This document shows, piece after piece, positions 51,096 through 61,202 of a stretch of 64,000 bases of DNA. The notes under the pieces were generated by a model. It was given only the letters and a program-made list of their open reading frames with translations. It was not told the origin of the DNA and searched no databases. Each line of letters begins with the position of its first letter. The stretch's first letter is position 1. The position numbers and the translations under genes were made by a program. The DNA comes from Gemmatimonadota bacterium. GTDB lineage: Bacteria > JBHIER01 > G020348925. Location: NCBI GenBank assembly GCA_020348925.1, contig CP070758.1:2495688-2559687 (forward strand), given 5' to 3'.

Positions 51096-51517
51096 CCTGA
51101 ACCCTCTTACCGCTATTTATCAAAATTGTGGCATGCTGCCTTGAAAGTTTTCAAAGGGGAGAAAATGCCATCGAAAACCAGAACCTATATTCCGATCATT
51201 TCGTTTACCCTGACATGAGATGTCGCAGGAAGTTGATAGTATAACTGAAGTTAAAGAATAAGAACCTGATAATGAGAATGCTGGGCTCGTTCTATTTCCT
51301 ACCGATAGTGATAGGCCCGCTCAAGTTGATTTACATTCAGCTCTCGGACTTTCAATACTACAATATAAATATGATAAATGCAAGTGAAAAATTGAGACTC
51401 TTTGAAAATTGAGACATTTTATGTTCAGATTAAAATAATCAATGAAGATTCACTGGATCGATCCCCATCAGACGGTGTAAGGCTGAAGGAATTTAACCGA
51501 AAATGAAGGGAGCCATT

Positions 51518-54313
51518 TTATCCTTCCCCGAGAATGATATTTATAATGCACAATGCATCTAATATATTAATCGCAGCATCATCATTGCAGTCTGCAGCCT
51601 CACTCTCCTCCGGCGAAGGTGTGCTTTGGGAAAGAATAAAGTTGATCACCTTGACAGCGTCGATGATGTCGACAAATCCGTCGCCGTTCACATCTCCCTT
51701 TGGAGCCTTTAGTCCGCTTCTCAGTAAAGAGAAGTTGATTGTGTAAGAGTCGTACGAAGGGATCGTGAACCCGAAGGTTGGATTGAGTTCGAGACCGAAG
51801 ACATTCTCCTCGCCGGCGAGATATTGAGGGAGTGTGTTGAAATCATAATAGACCGCACTCCCGGTGACTGTATTGATGACACCGATAATCGATCCAAATA
51901 CGTATTGATAGGTATTGGCACCATCCCAATATGCCAGGGCGCTTCTGCCGTTGTTCATCACTTCCATTAAGGAGGGACAGAAACCACTCTCGATTTCCAA
52001 GGTCACGTCCAGATCTGATGCGATTTTGGATACAAAAGTATACGTCACACCCAATCCGCCCTTAATCCTGGTGAAGGCCTTATGAACATCGAACCTGTCC
52101 CCGGAGTAATGAAAGGTCAGTGACTGCGGATCCATGGAGACGAGATCGAGTTCACTCCTTAACTGCCCAGGCTCCATATTGTTTATTGAAATCCAATCGT
52201 TGAGGGCCCGGCGCCGGATGGTGAATTTCCACTCAAAGACCTCAGGAAAGATGGGATTCCCCCAGAGCCATTTGTATGTGTCAACCCCTCCCATTACTGT
52301 AGGAATGTATCTCGTATCGTCGACATACGGTTCACTGTAACACACCATAAAGTTTTCGTTGCCGACCAACTCTTCCCCCGAATCCAGGTCGAACCAGTAG
52401 AGGAGACGCCCTCCGTAAGGAGAGAAGACGAACATATCATTGGCATCCACCATGACATATTCATCTTTTTCGTCCAGATTGACGTCATCGACGAAGGATT
52501 CAGTCGTTGAATTGAGTGCCCGTTTGGCAGCCAGAGCGCTCACCTGTGCCGTTCTGGCCAATTGCCACTGTTCGGTTCCGTTGCCGTGGGTGTAGCCATG
52601 CACGCCGAATTCGAATTGATGGGCGGCCAGGGTGAACCAGGCGTGCTGCAAAAGCTTACTGGCACTTAGAGTATCTCCGGGGAAGGTTTGAATGGCCACT
52701 GAAACGCTGTTGAGGGTGTCGCGGATTGAATCGTACAACTCGCGCATCTCCTCAAAGTTGGGATGGTTATTCAATGTGAACCACGCATCCTGAAACATCC
52801 ATGTCGCTGCCCCATCCACGATGGGCGTCAGCTCCTCGACCGGTGAGTTGTTCTGGGTAAACTCCTCATAGGTTGTGACCTTGATGAGGGGATCATTCTC
52901 AAGCAGGATCAGAAGATGTGAGAGATTGATCCAATCCGCCACAGGATTCTGGCCCTCTTCATAATCCCATAACCCCGTTGCCTCCGCATCCTGATAGTAC
53001 CCTATGACAAACTCATCGTTCACATCTTCGTCGTACCTTTCATGCAGGTAGTTCAGGACGTTGTAGATATCCCCTTCGTCGATGGCGTGATCGACCAGAT
53101 TCATGAAATCCTGATTGTCGTTGAACACCACGATCTGTCGCCCGTTGTAACTCGTCGTTCTGACCACGTGCACGTCTTCTGTCGTCCCACTTTCCTCAAT
53201 GATGTATCCTTCTATCTGAACGTAATCGTACCCGTTGTCGGCCAGAAGCTGCACAAAATTCTGGGTCCAGACCCGCTCACAATTCCAGAAAGCGTGGGGC
53301 GTGACGTCGAAAATGTGTTCGATGAGATCTTTATGAATCTGTATCTGATGATCGTTGAACTGAAAATCATCCGGCGTCATGCGGGTGGAGTACATGATAT
53401 TCTGGGCATATGTACTGCCGAAAATCTCGAACTGCCCGTCGTCCAGACCGTCCTGAATCAACTGGATGGCTGTGTCGTCGAACCACAAGAGGTCATGAAG
53501 AAGTGTACCGGAGAAATGGAGTTGAAATTTCAAGAGGGGATGGTTGCGCAAAACCTCCAGGAGGCCGACGAAACAGGCGAGGCTGCCCACCTTGCCGGCA
53601 GGCACCAAGTGTTGATTCGCGTGGAACAGGAATGTGACATCGATCTTTCTCAGTTCCGGGGGATATGGAGGAAATTCGTGTTCCACACTGCGCCCCAAGC
53701 GCCCGTAAGTGTCCTTGGCCATAATCTGAATCCGCGCCTCTTCTGAAAGGCCCTGCCCAAAGGAATGGTTGAGAATTCCTGTGCCTGGATTGAAGGATGA
53801 ACGCACATCAATGTACTCATCATCCAGGATGAGCCAGACTTCCTCGAAAGGTTCAGAGCCGAATATCCCGGCCGTAATGCTTTCAATTTGCCCTCTGAAG
53901 TTTCTTTTCAGAGTGGGCTGGAAGATCATCGGATCCGTCACCGTCAACAGGGAATTTATGTACATCGAACCATCGTACGTTTCATTCAGCGGATCCGGGG
54001 TCCACTGAAACTGGGACCCGGATTGATCGAGATGGAAATAAAACTTATACGCGCAGGAGGACCCAACCTGGAGCCGGACCTGCTTCATCCAGAACCCTTC
54101 CGACTCATCGAAGGTCATGAGGCTTGGCCCGGATACGCCATCAAAATCGGTGTTCCAACTGTTAAATTCACCAGGGAGGAAGACGCGAACAATCTGTCCG
54201 GAGAAGTCCTTATATCGAAATGTAATACTGATATCGCCGTCTGTCTGGGCAGGCCTGACACTGAAAACACTACATACGATACAGACAAGAGAAACTATAC
54301 CTATTTTACTCAC
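51518..54313 (-). CDS. Secreted GH57-like glycoside hydrolase with N-terminal CBM48-like and C-terminal dockerin-like domains
   Basis: GGAGG then GTG 54313 and signal peptide; VFLPGEFNSW...YKF...DPLN; FLFHANQ, HFSGTL, EIFGSTY, FWNCERVW, QDAE; GDVNGDGFVDIID...ADCNDDAAINILD. Confidence 0.72.
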   Translation of the reverse strand: MSKIGIVSLVCIVCSVFSVRPAQTDGDISITFRYKDFSGQIVRVFLPGEFNSWNTDFDGVSGPSLMTFDESEGFWMKQVRLQVGSSCAYKFYFHLDQSGSQFQWTPDPLNETYDGSMYINSLLTVTDPMIFQPTLKRNFRGQIESITAGIFGSEPFEEVWLILDDEYIDVRSSFNPGTGILNHSFGQGLSEEARIQIMAKDTYGRLGRSVEHEFPPYPPELRKIDVTFLFHANQHLVPAGKVGSLACFVGLLEVLRNHPLLKFQLHFSGTLLHDLLWFDDTAIQLIQDGLDDGQFEIFGSTYAQNIMYSTRMTPDDFQFNDHQIQIHKDLIEHIFDVTPHAFWNCERVWTQNFVQLLADNGYDYVQIEGYIIEESGTTEDVHVVRTTSYNGRQIVVFNDNQDFMNLVDHAIDEGDIYNVLNYLHERYDEDVNDEFVIGYYQDAEATGLWDYEEGQNPVADWINLSHLLILLENDPLIKVTTYEEFTQNNSPVEELTPIVDGAATWMFQDAWFTLNNHPNFEEMRELYDSIRDTLNSVSVAIQTFPGDTLSASKLLQHAWFTLAAHQFEFGVHGYTHGNGTEQWQLARTAQVSALAAKRALNSTTESFVDDVNLDEKDEYVMVDANDMFVFSPYGGRLLYWFDLDSGEELVGNENFMVCYSEPYVDDTRYIPTVMGGVDTYKWLWGNPIFPEVFEWKFTIRRRALNDWISINNMEPGQLRSELDLVSMDPQSLTFHYSGDRFDVHKAFTRIKGGLGVTYTFVSKIASDLDVTLEIESGFCPSLMEVMNNGRSALAYWDGANTYQYVFGSIIGVINTVTGSAVYYDFNTLPQYLAGEENVFGLELNPTFGFTIPSYDSYTINFSLLRSGLKAPKGDVNGDGFVDIIDAVKVINFILSQSTPSPEESEAADCNDDAAINILDALCIINIILGEG

Positions 54314-54440
54314 GAGACGCACCTCCGTATATTTTCTGCTGTTTCGTACTCTCGAATGATCCCTTTTCACTCTATAGAGAATGTCGGTCATCCTAAAAGC
54401 CACTCAACATGAATAGTCTACTAAAATACGGCGTTAAATC

Positions 54441-55664
54441 CTAATCTTTCATGCTCAACTCGAAAGCTATGAGGAACGAATCGATTTCTTGGGTCGAGAT
54501 AATATACGGCGGGAAAAGACGAAAGGTCGCAGTTTCGTGCTGGTAGTCGACGATGAATCCAGCATTTAGTAATCGTTGAAAAACAACTTTACCCTTATCA
54601 GCATGATCCTCAGTCAATTCTATTCCAACCATTGCCCCTTTGCCCCTCACATCCTCAATTGAGGGATATCGTGACTGTACAATCTTCAAACCTTCCAGCA
54701 GGTGAGCACCGCGCTCAGCCGCTTGTTCGAAGAGATGGTCCTCCTGCAGAATCGAAATCACTGTCGCCGCGATTCGACCTGATAACGGGTCGTTCTGATG
54801 AGATTGGACATGGCGCAAAACACTTTCGCATCGAGCTTCAATCTCGCCTGTAGTGACAACCGCTGAAACAGGCAGTCCTGCACCAATTGCTTTACCAATG
54901 ATTAGAATATCGGGAACGATATTATCGTGCTCAAATCCGAACCAGCGACCAGTGCGTCCCATTCCCGTCGTCACCTCCTCGGCAATGAGCGGAATCTCAT
55001 AACGTGAGGTCAAAGCGCGTAGTTGCGCCCCATAGCCGGGAGGCGGCACAATCATACCGCCCCCAGCCATAACAGGCTCGTAAAGCACAGCCGCGATCTG
55101 AACCTCTCCCTCCTTTACCGTGTCCCGCATCATATCCAAGCAATAATAATCCTCGCACGGCCAGGAATGTCCCACAGGGCAGCGCCGACAGTCCGGTACT
55201 GGCAAGCGATGAATCTCTCCGTATTGAGGGAGATACATTGTTTTTCGGCCTGCCTCGGACAGACTGAGAGCGTATATCGTGGCACCATAGTACCCCCCTT
55301 CAATCACAACGATCCCCTCGGCTCCGGTTGCGGTCCGAGCCATCTTCAGTGCCAATTCGACCGCCTCGCTTCCTGTATTCAAGAACACGGCGCGGTTCAA
55401 TTCAGGAGGCAGCACTTCCCGCAGTTTTAACAGGGCCTCACCGATTTCTCTTGTGGGGAACGATGATCCGACATGGACCAGTTTCGAAACCTGATCTTGA
55501 ATTGCACCCACCAGACGCGAGTGACCATAGCCCAAAATGTTGCACCAAGTACCAGAGACGAGATCAAGGTAAGGCTTGCCCTTCGTATCCCAAACAAAGG
55601 AGCCTTCACCACGGCCAAGCGTCATTTCCTGAAACGGATTTGTCTGCCAGAGTTTCATACTCAT
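54441..55664 (-). CDS. Class III PLP-dependent aminotransferase
   Basis: GEGSFVWD...YLD, NTGSEAVE, EPV, EEVTTGMGRTG, PDILIIGKAIGAG, VRGKG. Confidence 0.9.
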   Translation of the reverse strand: MSMKLWQTNPFQEMTLGRGEGSFVWDTKGKPYLDLVSGTWCNILGYGHSRLVGAIQDQVSKLVHVGSSFPTREIGEALLKLREVLPPELNRAVFLNTGSEAVELALKMARTATGAEGIVVIEGGYYGATIYALSLSEAGRKTMYLPQYGEIHRLPVPDCRRCPVGHSWPCEDYYCLDMMRDTVKEGEVQIAAVLYEPVMAGGGMIVPPPGYGAQLRALTSRYEIPLIAEEVTTGMGRTGRWFGFEHDNIVPDILIIGKAIGAGLPVSAVVTTGEIEARCESVLRHVQSHQNDPLSGRIAATVISILQEDHLFEQAAERGAHLLEGLKIVQSRYPSIEDVRGKGAMVGIELTEDHADKGKVVFQRLLNAGFIVDYQHETATFRLFPPYIISTQEIDSFLIAFELSMKD

Positions 55665-55671
55665 CTATAAA

Positions 55672-56913
55672 TCATTGGACATTGTATTGAAAGCCAAACT
55701 CTCTGTTAAAGTGTTCAACGATCTTCAGGTCCAACCACAAATAGTAATTCTGGATGGCTTGAGGTTCGACTCCACTTTTTTCCCAGCTCTTTAATCTCAT
55801 CTCGGTCACCTTGAGGATCTCATCTTCTAACGGCTCTATTTTTTGGAGAATGCCATTGTTCTCTTGGTTGAGCACGGCTGCAAGATTCAAGTAATTACAA
55901 CCCGATCCTCTCAGAATAGGAATGCACTTTTCCTTGAGTTTTAAAGCCATCTCGCAGAGGGGTGCATTCTTTGAGCCCTCGGCCGTGAGCAGCTTTGGCA
56001 GTTGACTTCTTCTCTGGACCCATACCGGCACTGCCACGGAGCACAGTTGAAAGCCGAGGATCGTCCACATGGTGGTCAATTCGGGAGGTTCGTCCAATTT
56101 GACTCCCTGAACGACGACTGTGGCGGAAGAATAATATCGCGGGATGAAGTCCTGGAAAAAGACAAAATGGGGATTCTCGGAACTCAAGGGGATAGTCTGA
56201 GTCAGATCGGTATTTGTCAGGGAGTGCTTCAGGCAGCGCGAGACATTTCTCAACAGGAATTTAGACGAGAGGGCGTGTGTGTTGTAAGCCGTGTAGAAAA
56301 GGTCCTCCGCAGTCTGATATCTGATCAGACCGTAATCCTCTTCTCTCTCGCCAATATAGGAATAGTTAGTCCGAATGATGTAACCAAAGGGGGCAATCGA
56401 AGGATCGTTTGCATCATACTTCCTGAAGTCGTGGTTGCTCGTCTCGTAGTAAGCTGCCCCGCCTTTGGCATCAATGACGCCGAAATTCGCCTCGACCCCC
56501 ATCGGTTTCGGCAAGTTGCGAAGCATGTCTTCAAAGTTCTCAAGAGTTGCACATTGTCGCAGGGCCTGTTTCATAATGAAACCTTCTCTGTCCTGAATCG
56601 ACGACGTATCATCAACATTGAGGTTGTAAGAAGCGGAGTTCATGATTGCAAAAGCGACGCTGTTGCATCCTGCCCAGACTTGCTCTCCCAGGGAATCCGA
56701 GGAGTTGATCAAACCGATATATTCGTATATTCCGTCGTCGAAAAACATCAATTTGTTGTCAAGGGAATCCGAATCCCGGTGTTTGAACAGGAGCGGCCGC
56801 CCATCAACTGTCGCCTTTCCGGAGATGATGGCCGTCGTGCAGGCTTTCCCTGTCGACACGATTATACCTGTACAAACGATAGAAATGAGGAGATTTTTGG
56901 TTATCGCTTTCAT
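55672..56913 (-). CDS. Secreted Ntn cysteine hydrolase (C45/C69-like)
   Basis: Signal peptide ending GKA, then CTTAIISGKATVDGRPLLFKHRD; NFGVIDAKGGAAYYE; RTNYS. Confidence 0.75.
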   Translation of the reverse strand: MKAITKNLLISIVCTGIIVSTGKACTTAIISGKATVDGRPLLFKHRDSDSLDNKLMFFDDGIYEYIGLINSSDSLGEQVWAGCNSVAFAIMNSASYNLNVDDTSSIQDREGFIMKQALRQCATLENFEDMLRNLPKPMGVEANFGVIDAKGGAAYYETSNHDFRKYDANDPSIAPFGYIIRTNYSYIGEREEDYGLIRYQTAEDLFYTAYNTHALSSKFLLRNVSRCLKHSLTNTDLTQTIPLSSENPHFVFFQDFIPRYYSSATVVVQGVKLDEPPELTTMWTILGFQLCSVAVPVWVQRRSQLPKLLTAEGSKNAPLCEMALKLKEKCIPILRGSGCNYLNLAAVLNQENNGILQKIEPLEDEILKVTEMRLKSWEKSGVEPQAIQNYYLWLDLKIVEHFNREFGFQYNVQ

Positions 56914-57246
56914 GGTTTCCCCCTTGAATAATACGATCATTTGCATTCTTTTTAACACGAGGAAAATATAAAACTCGATTCAAGAATAAAAGTTAAATTT
57001 TGGAATAAATTATCCCCTGTCAGGGTATTGATCAGGCGATTTCACTTTTTTCAGTAGCTGCGAGAGTTTCACGATCCCACCCGACCCCTTCAACGCCCCG
57101 CCGATGATAAACTTGTTGGTAAATATCTTTAACCTGGATTATTCATAAAATTGGTCAGAATATAATTCGACATATTTTTTTATTTGACTTATGAAAGTCG
57201 TTGGATCTGAACTTCATTAGTTTATGCTTTCCACAGTAATGCTGCA

Positions 57247-57333
57247 TGTCATTCCGGTTTTATACCGGAATCTCCTTGATGAAGAACCTGTTGAACCAAT
57301 TGAGGAGATTCCTGCATGCGCAGGAATGACAGC
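57247..57333. repeat. Palindromic intergenic repeat, family B, copy 2
   Basis: tgtcattccgg-ttttata-ccggaatctcct...aggagattcctgc-at-gcgcaggaatgaca. Confidence 0.7.
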
Positions 57334-57467
57334 TTATGTTTTTATGTGTGCATTAACCAAGTTAAATTTATTAGATGAGTTGAGAGCAAGTCGGAATAGA
57401 TAGTGACTGGTGTCGAAAATGGTATAGTTATTGGCAGAGGACGAAGGATTTCATATATTGAGCATCG

Positions 57468-57549
57468 AATCCTCCCTAATCCTCCTTTAAAAAATGAGGG
57501 AACACAATAAAGTCCCCATTATCAAAGGGGAATTTAGGGGGTTGTGAAA
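57468..57549. repeat. Palindromic intergenic repeat, family A, copy 2 (inverted)
   Basis: Reverse complement tttcacaaccccctaaattcccctttgataatggggact matches the copy starting near 28603. Confidence 0.75.
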
Positions 57550-57580
57550 GAACATTTCTAAATTCCATGAGGAGTGCATT

Positions 57581-59146
57581 ATGAGAAAAATAATTTTATC
57601 GTCCTTGTCATTTATAAGAGAAAATTCGCTTATATTCTATTTAGCACTCTTTAAATTGATTCTACACGTAGTATTTCACGCAGACTACGGCTATTTCAGA
57701 GATGAGTTCTACTACATCGCCTGCAGTGACCATCTCGCCTTGGGATATGTTGATCAGCCTCCACTCTCGATTTTCATCCTTTTTGCGAGTCGGTTGCTCT
57801 TAGGAGATTCGCTCTTTGTCATCCGGCTCCTGCCAGCGCTCGCAGGCGCCGGTGTCGTGGTTACAGCGGGATTGATGGTCCGCCAGTTGGGAGGCGGCGC
57901 GTTCGCTCAATTCCTGACTGGACTTTCCGTTATCGTCTCACCCGTCATTTTGGGGCTGAATAGATTTTACTCCATGAACGCCTTTGATATTCTCTTCTGG
58001 GCTATTGCCTCGTACATCGTTATCCTGATCATGAAAACAGAGAATTCAAAGTATTGGCTTATCTTCGGTCTCATTATTGGACTCGGTTTGATGAATAAAT
58101 ATTCAATGGGATTTTTCTGCATCGGACTTTTTGTCGGACTTCTTCTGACAAAAAACCGCCGATATCTTATCGATAAATGGTTCTGGTTGGGCTCCATTAT
58201 CGCCTTCGGCATCTTTCTTCCCCACATCATCTGGGAGGTCACATACGGCTTCCCCTCAATCGAGTTTATGCGAAACGCAACTCTATACAAGAATCTTCCC
58301 ACATCTCCCTTTGAGTTCTTCATAGGACAGTTCCTTGAAATCGGCCCTGGCAACACCTTAGTCTGGCTCCCCGGCTTGTTCTATTGTTTCTTTCACAAGG
58401 AGGGCAAGCGGTACCGTCTTTTCGGCTTGATGTATATCGTTATCTTCACCGTGATGGTGATCACAAATGCCAAGGTGTACTATCTTTCTCCCATGTATCC
58501 TCTAATGTTATCCGTGGGAGCGGTGGCTGTAAGGAAATATATTCGTCAGCTCAAATTGAATTGGTTGAAACCTGTTATTGTGAGCGTTGTGGCCTTGAGC
58601 GGTATTTTCACCATGCCCTTCGCCATACCTGTTCTTTCCGTTGAAACCTTCATAGAGTATCAAAATTTCTTGGGATTATCTCCACCCCAGGAGGAGCGAA
58701 ATGAAGTGGGCTTACTGCCCCAGCATTATGCGGACATGTTCGGTTGGGAGGAGATGGTCGAGATGGTGGCGGGAGTATATCAGCGTCTCAGGCCGGAGGA
58801 GCAGTCCGAATGCGTCATATTTGTCTGGAATTACGGCGAGGCCGGGGCTATTGACTTATTTGGCGAGAAATACAACCTTCCCCAAGCCACTTGCGGCCAT
58901 AACAATTACTGGCTCTGGGGCCCTCCGAAAGACAGAACCGGTGATGTTACCATCATCTTTGGCACCAGCAGCGATGTGAAAAGAAGCTTGGAAGATTTGA
59001 GCCCACATTTTGAAGAAATAGCACACGAGGCTACATTCACTTGTACATACTGCATGCCCTATGAGAATGACCGTCCGATCTTCATCTGTCGAAAGGCGAA
59101 GAGGACTATTCAGGAGATCTGGCCGGAGTTCCGAAACTACAACTGA
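57581..59146 (+). CDS. ArnT/GT39-like (PMT_2) integral membrane glycosyltransferase
   Basis: YGYFRDEFYYI...LALGYVDQPPL; GLGLMNKYS; many TM segments; NYGEAGAI...GHNNYWLWGP. Confidence 0.85.
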   Translation: MRKIILSSLSFIRENSLIFYLALFKLILHVVFHADYGYFRDEFYYIACSDHLALGYVDQPPLSIFILFASRLLLGDSLFVIRLLPALAGAGVVVTAGLMVRQLGGGAFAQFLTGLSVIVSPVILGLNRFYSMNAFDILFWAIASYIVILIMKTENSKYWLIFGLIIGLGLMNKYSMGFFCIGLFVGLLLTKNRRYLIDKWFWLGSIIAFGIFLPHIIWEVTYGFPSIEFMRNATLYKNLPTSPFEFFIGQFLEIGPGNTLVWLPGLFYCFFHKEGKRYRLFGLMYIVIFTVMVITNAKVYYLSPMYPLMLSVGAVAVRKYIRQLKLNWLKPVIVSVVALSGIFTMPFAIPVLSVETFIEYQNFLGLSPPQEERNEVGLLPQHYADMFGWEEMVEMVAGVYQRLRPEEQSECVIFVWNYGEAGAIDLFGEKYNLPQATCGHNNYWLWGPPKDRTGDVTIIFGTSSDVKRSLEDLSPHFEEIAHEATFTCTYCMPYENDRPIFICRKAKRTIQEIWPEFRNYN

Positions 59147-59491
59147 TGTACTGCAGATCCGGAATGGTGCATTTCAGAGTGTTCATCCAAAGATGAAGAA
59201 CTTCTGAGTTTGGCTATTGACTCTCTGTTCGGTCTGCCTGCCGCGCCACAACACCGGGGAATCATCGCCTCTCATTGAAGGCGACCCTCATTTTTCTTAT
59301 GCGGATAATCTGTTGATCGTCACAAAGCGGTCCTCGATATGACAAATTCAAAATATTCGGGGAAACCGTTTTATGAGGCGCCTCGGATAGGATACCCGAG
59401 ACGATCGAAATTTATTCATCGAAGGCTGATCCCCATTTACGTCATAACGAGTCGAGCCAGGACCTGGCCACATCCTTTCGGAAAGGAAAGG

Positions 59492-60471
59492 TTAGAGGCT
59501 CAGCCAGTAGGAGAGCTTCGCCATGAAGATATTGTCCGCATCCGTTTCCCACAACCGCTTCATGGAGCGTTGGAAACGGAAATCACCGTTATTCTCGTAA
59601 TCGAATTTGTTGTGAGTCCAGACCAGGTAGAACACAGAGCCGGGAGTATACTCCCACCTCAGAACCGCGCTTCCTCGGAGGGACGTATAGTTGAAATCCG
59701 GATTGTCAAAATAAATCGGCCCGGCAGCTCCGGCAGGACCGTCCGGATCAATCTCGTACTCATCATCCGCAAGCGTTATATCACTCCCATTATATCGATG
59801 AAAACTGTAGCTCTCCGGTCGGGCCAGCTCCTTGAAATTGTAGTAATCACCGGAGGAGATGAGCGGCTGCCCGTAGAACTGCAAACTCAGAGTAGGCGTG
59901 AACGTCCAATTCAGCCGTATCGTGGTGTTGAATTCGGTCTGATCCATCTGGGCAAAGACGTACCGCCTGCCGTAGGTTGATGTGGCCAGGGGATCCTCGA
60001 ACCAATCCACCCACTGGGCGTTCTCCTTGTTCCACCACAAATTCGGCTCGACACTCACCTCCATGTTCGTCGTCGGCTTCCACGCCACCTCAAACCACAC
60101 ACCGCGATCCCAGTTGCGTGTACCCCTCGAATAGCCGTACGTACCCGAACTGAAAACCCACGGCTTGCGGCTGTCCGAACACATCCAAAAGCCGGCCTGC
60201 CAGCCCGGCGGATTGATCATGAGAGGACCGCCCCGGGTCCTCGTGTTGCTCACCGTCTCCGGATTGTACGCAATATTGTATTCAAACTCATAGTAGTTCT
60301 TGAATTGAAAATAGCCGTCCTGCCACACACCCCGCCAGGTATTGTTCCAACCGTAGTCGTAGTTTTGGAACACGGCGCCGATCAGCGAAACGTACCGGGT
60401 ATATTTTCCGGGCTTGGTCCACTTGTAGCCGCCGCCGAGATGACCGTTGATCACATCCGTGCGCCACATGA
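59492..60471 (-). CDS. C-terminal fragment of an outer-membrane beta-barrel protein (DUF5916-like), truncated by the gap
   Basis: TRGGP, RLNWTFTPTLSLQFYGQP, DFNYTSLRGSAVLRWEY.PGS.FYLVW, ends KLSYWLSL. Confidence 0.75.
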
Positions 60472-60571
60472 NNNNNNNNNNNNNNNNNNNNNNNNNNNNN
60501 NNNNNNNNNNNNNNNNNNNNNNNNNNNNNNNNNNNNNNNNNNNNNNNNNNNNNNNNNNNNNNNNNNNNNNN
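60472..60571. other. Assembly gap (100 N)
   Basis: Run of N. Confidence 1.
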
Positions 60572-60868
60572 CCACTCCCCACGGAATATGTTCTGGAGCA
60601 GAATTACCCCAACCCTTTTAACCCCACCACAGATGTTCGATACCAGATAGCAGATAGGGGATCGCCCGTCCACACCACCCTGAAGGTGTTCAACATGCTG
60701 GGGCAGGAGGTAAGAGTGCTCGTGGATAAGGTTCAGGAGCCCGGATATTACACGGCTACGTGGGATGGATGTGACGAGCAAGGTATCGAGGTGGCCAGTG
60801 GCGTCTATTTCTATCGACTACAGTCCGGCGATTTTACTGCGAATAGGAGAATGGTATTATTGAAATGA
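60572..60868 (+). CDS. C-terminal FlgD-Ig/T9SS type A-like sorting domain of a gene truncated by the gap
   Basis: LPTEYVLEQNYPNPFNPTT...VFNMLGQEV..LV...WDG...VASGVYFYRL...RMVLLK. Confidence 0.88.
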   Translation, partial: PLPTEYVLEQNYPNPFNPTTDVRYQIADRGSPVHTTLKVFNMLGQEVRVLVDKVQEPGYYTATWDGCDEQGIEVASGVYFYRLQSGDFTANRRMVLLK

Positions 60869-61202
60869 TTACAAAAATTCAAAAAAAGATCTATTCTTAC
60901 TCTGAGACTTCGTTTTTTGTAAATGCCATATTAGGACTGACCTTTAGCCATTGTCCGCTGAGTATTGAAGTGCAATGTCCGTCTTTTAGCCTCTCTTGCG
61001 ACGATCCCGAAAGGGATGCGCTCCATGATTGCAGAATCTGCTCAGTGAACGATCACGGATCTCAATATGTTACTGAGAAGCGATCTTTGACAATCGGACA
61101 GCGTTACCCATAGAGGGTTTTAACGGCTGAACGACAAACCACTGGAGTAATAGCTCCAGTATCATTCTGAAAAAGAATTTTCAATTGAAAGGTGGACGTA
61201 AA

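Noticed and set aside
57010-57125. Short minus-strand coding-like remnant (NKFIIGGALKGSGGIVKLSQLLKK...)
   Set aside because: No start codon and no recognisable family.
59492-60868. Track ORFs 59492-60781 (-) and 60305-60868 (+) crossing the N run
   Set aside because: Chimeras across a gap; the real pieces are two separate truncated genes on opposite strands.
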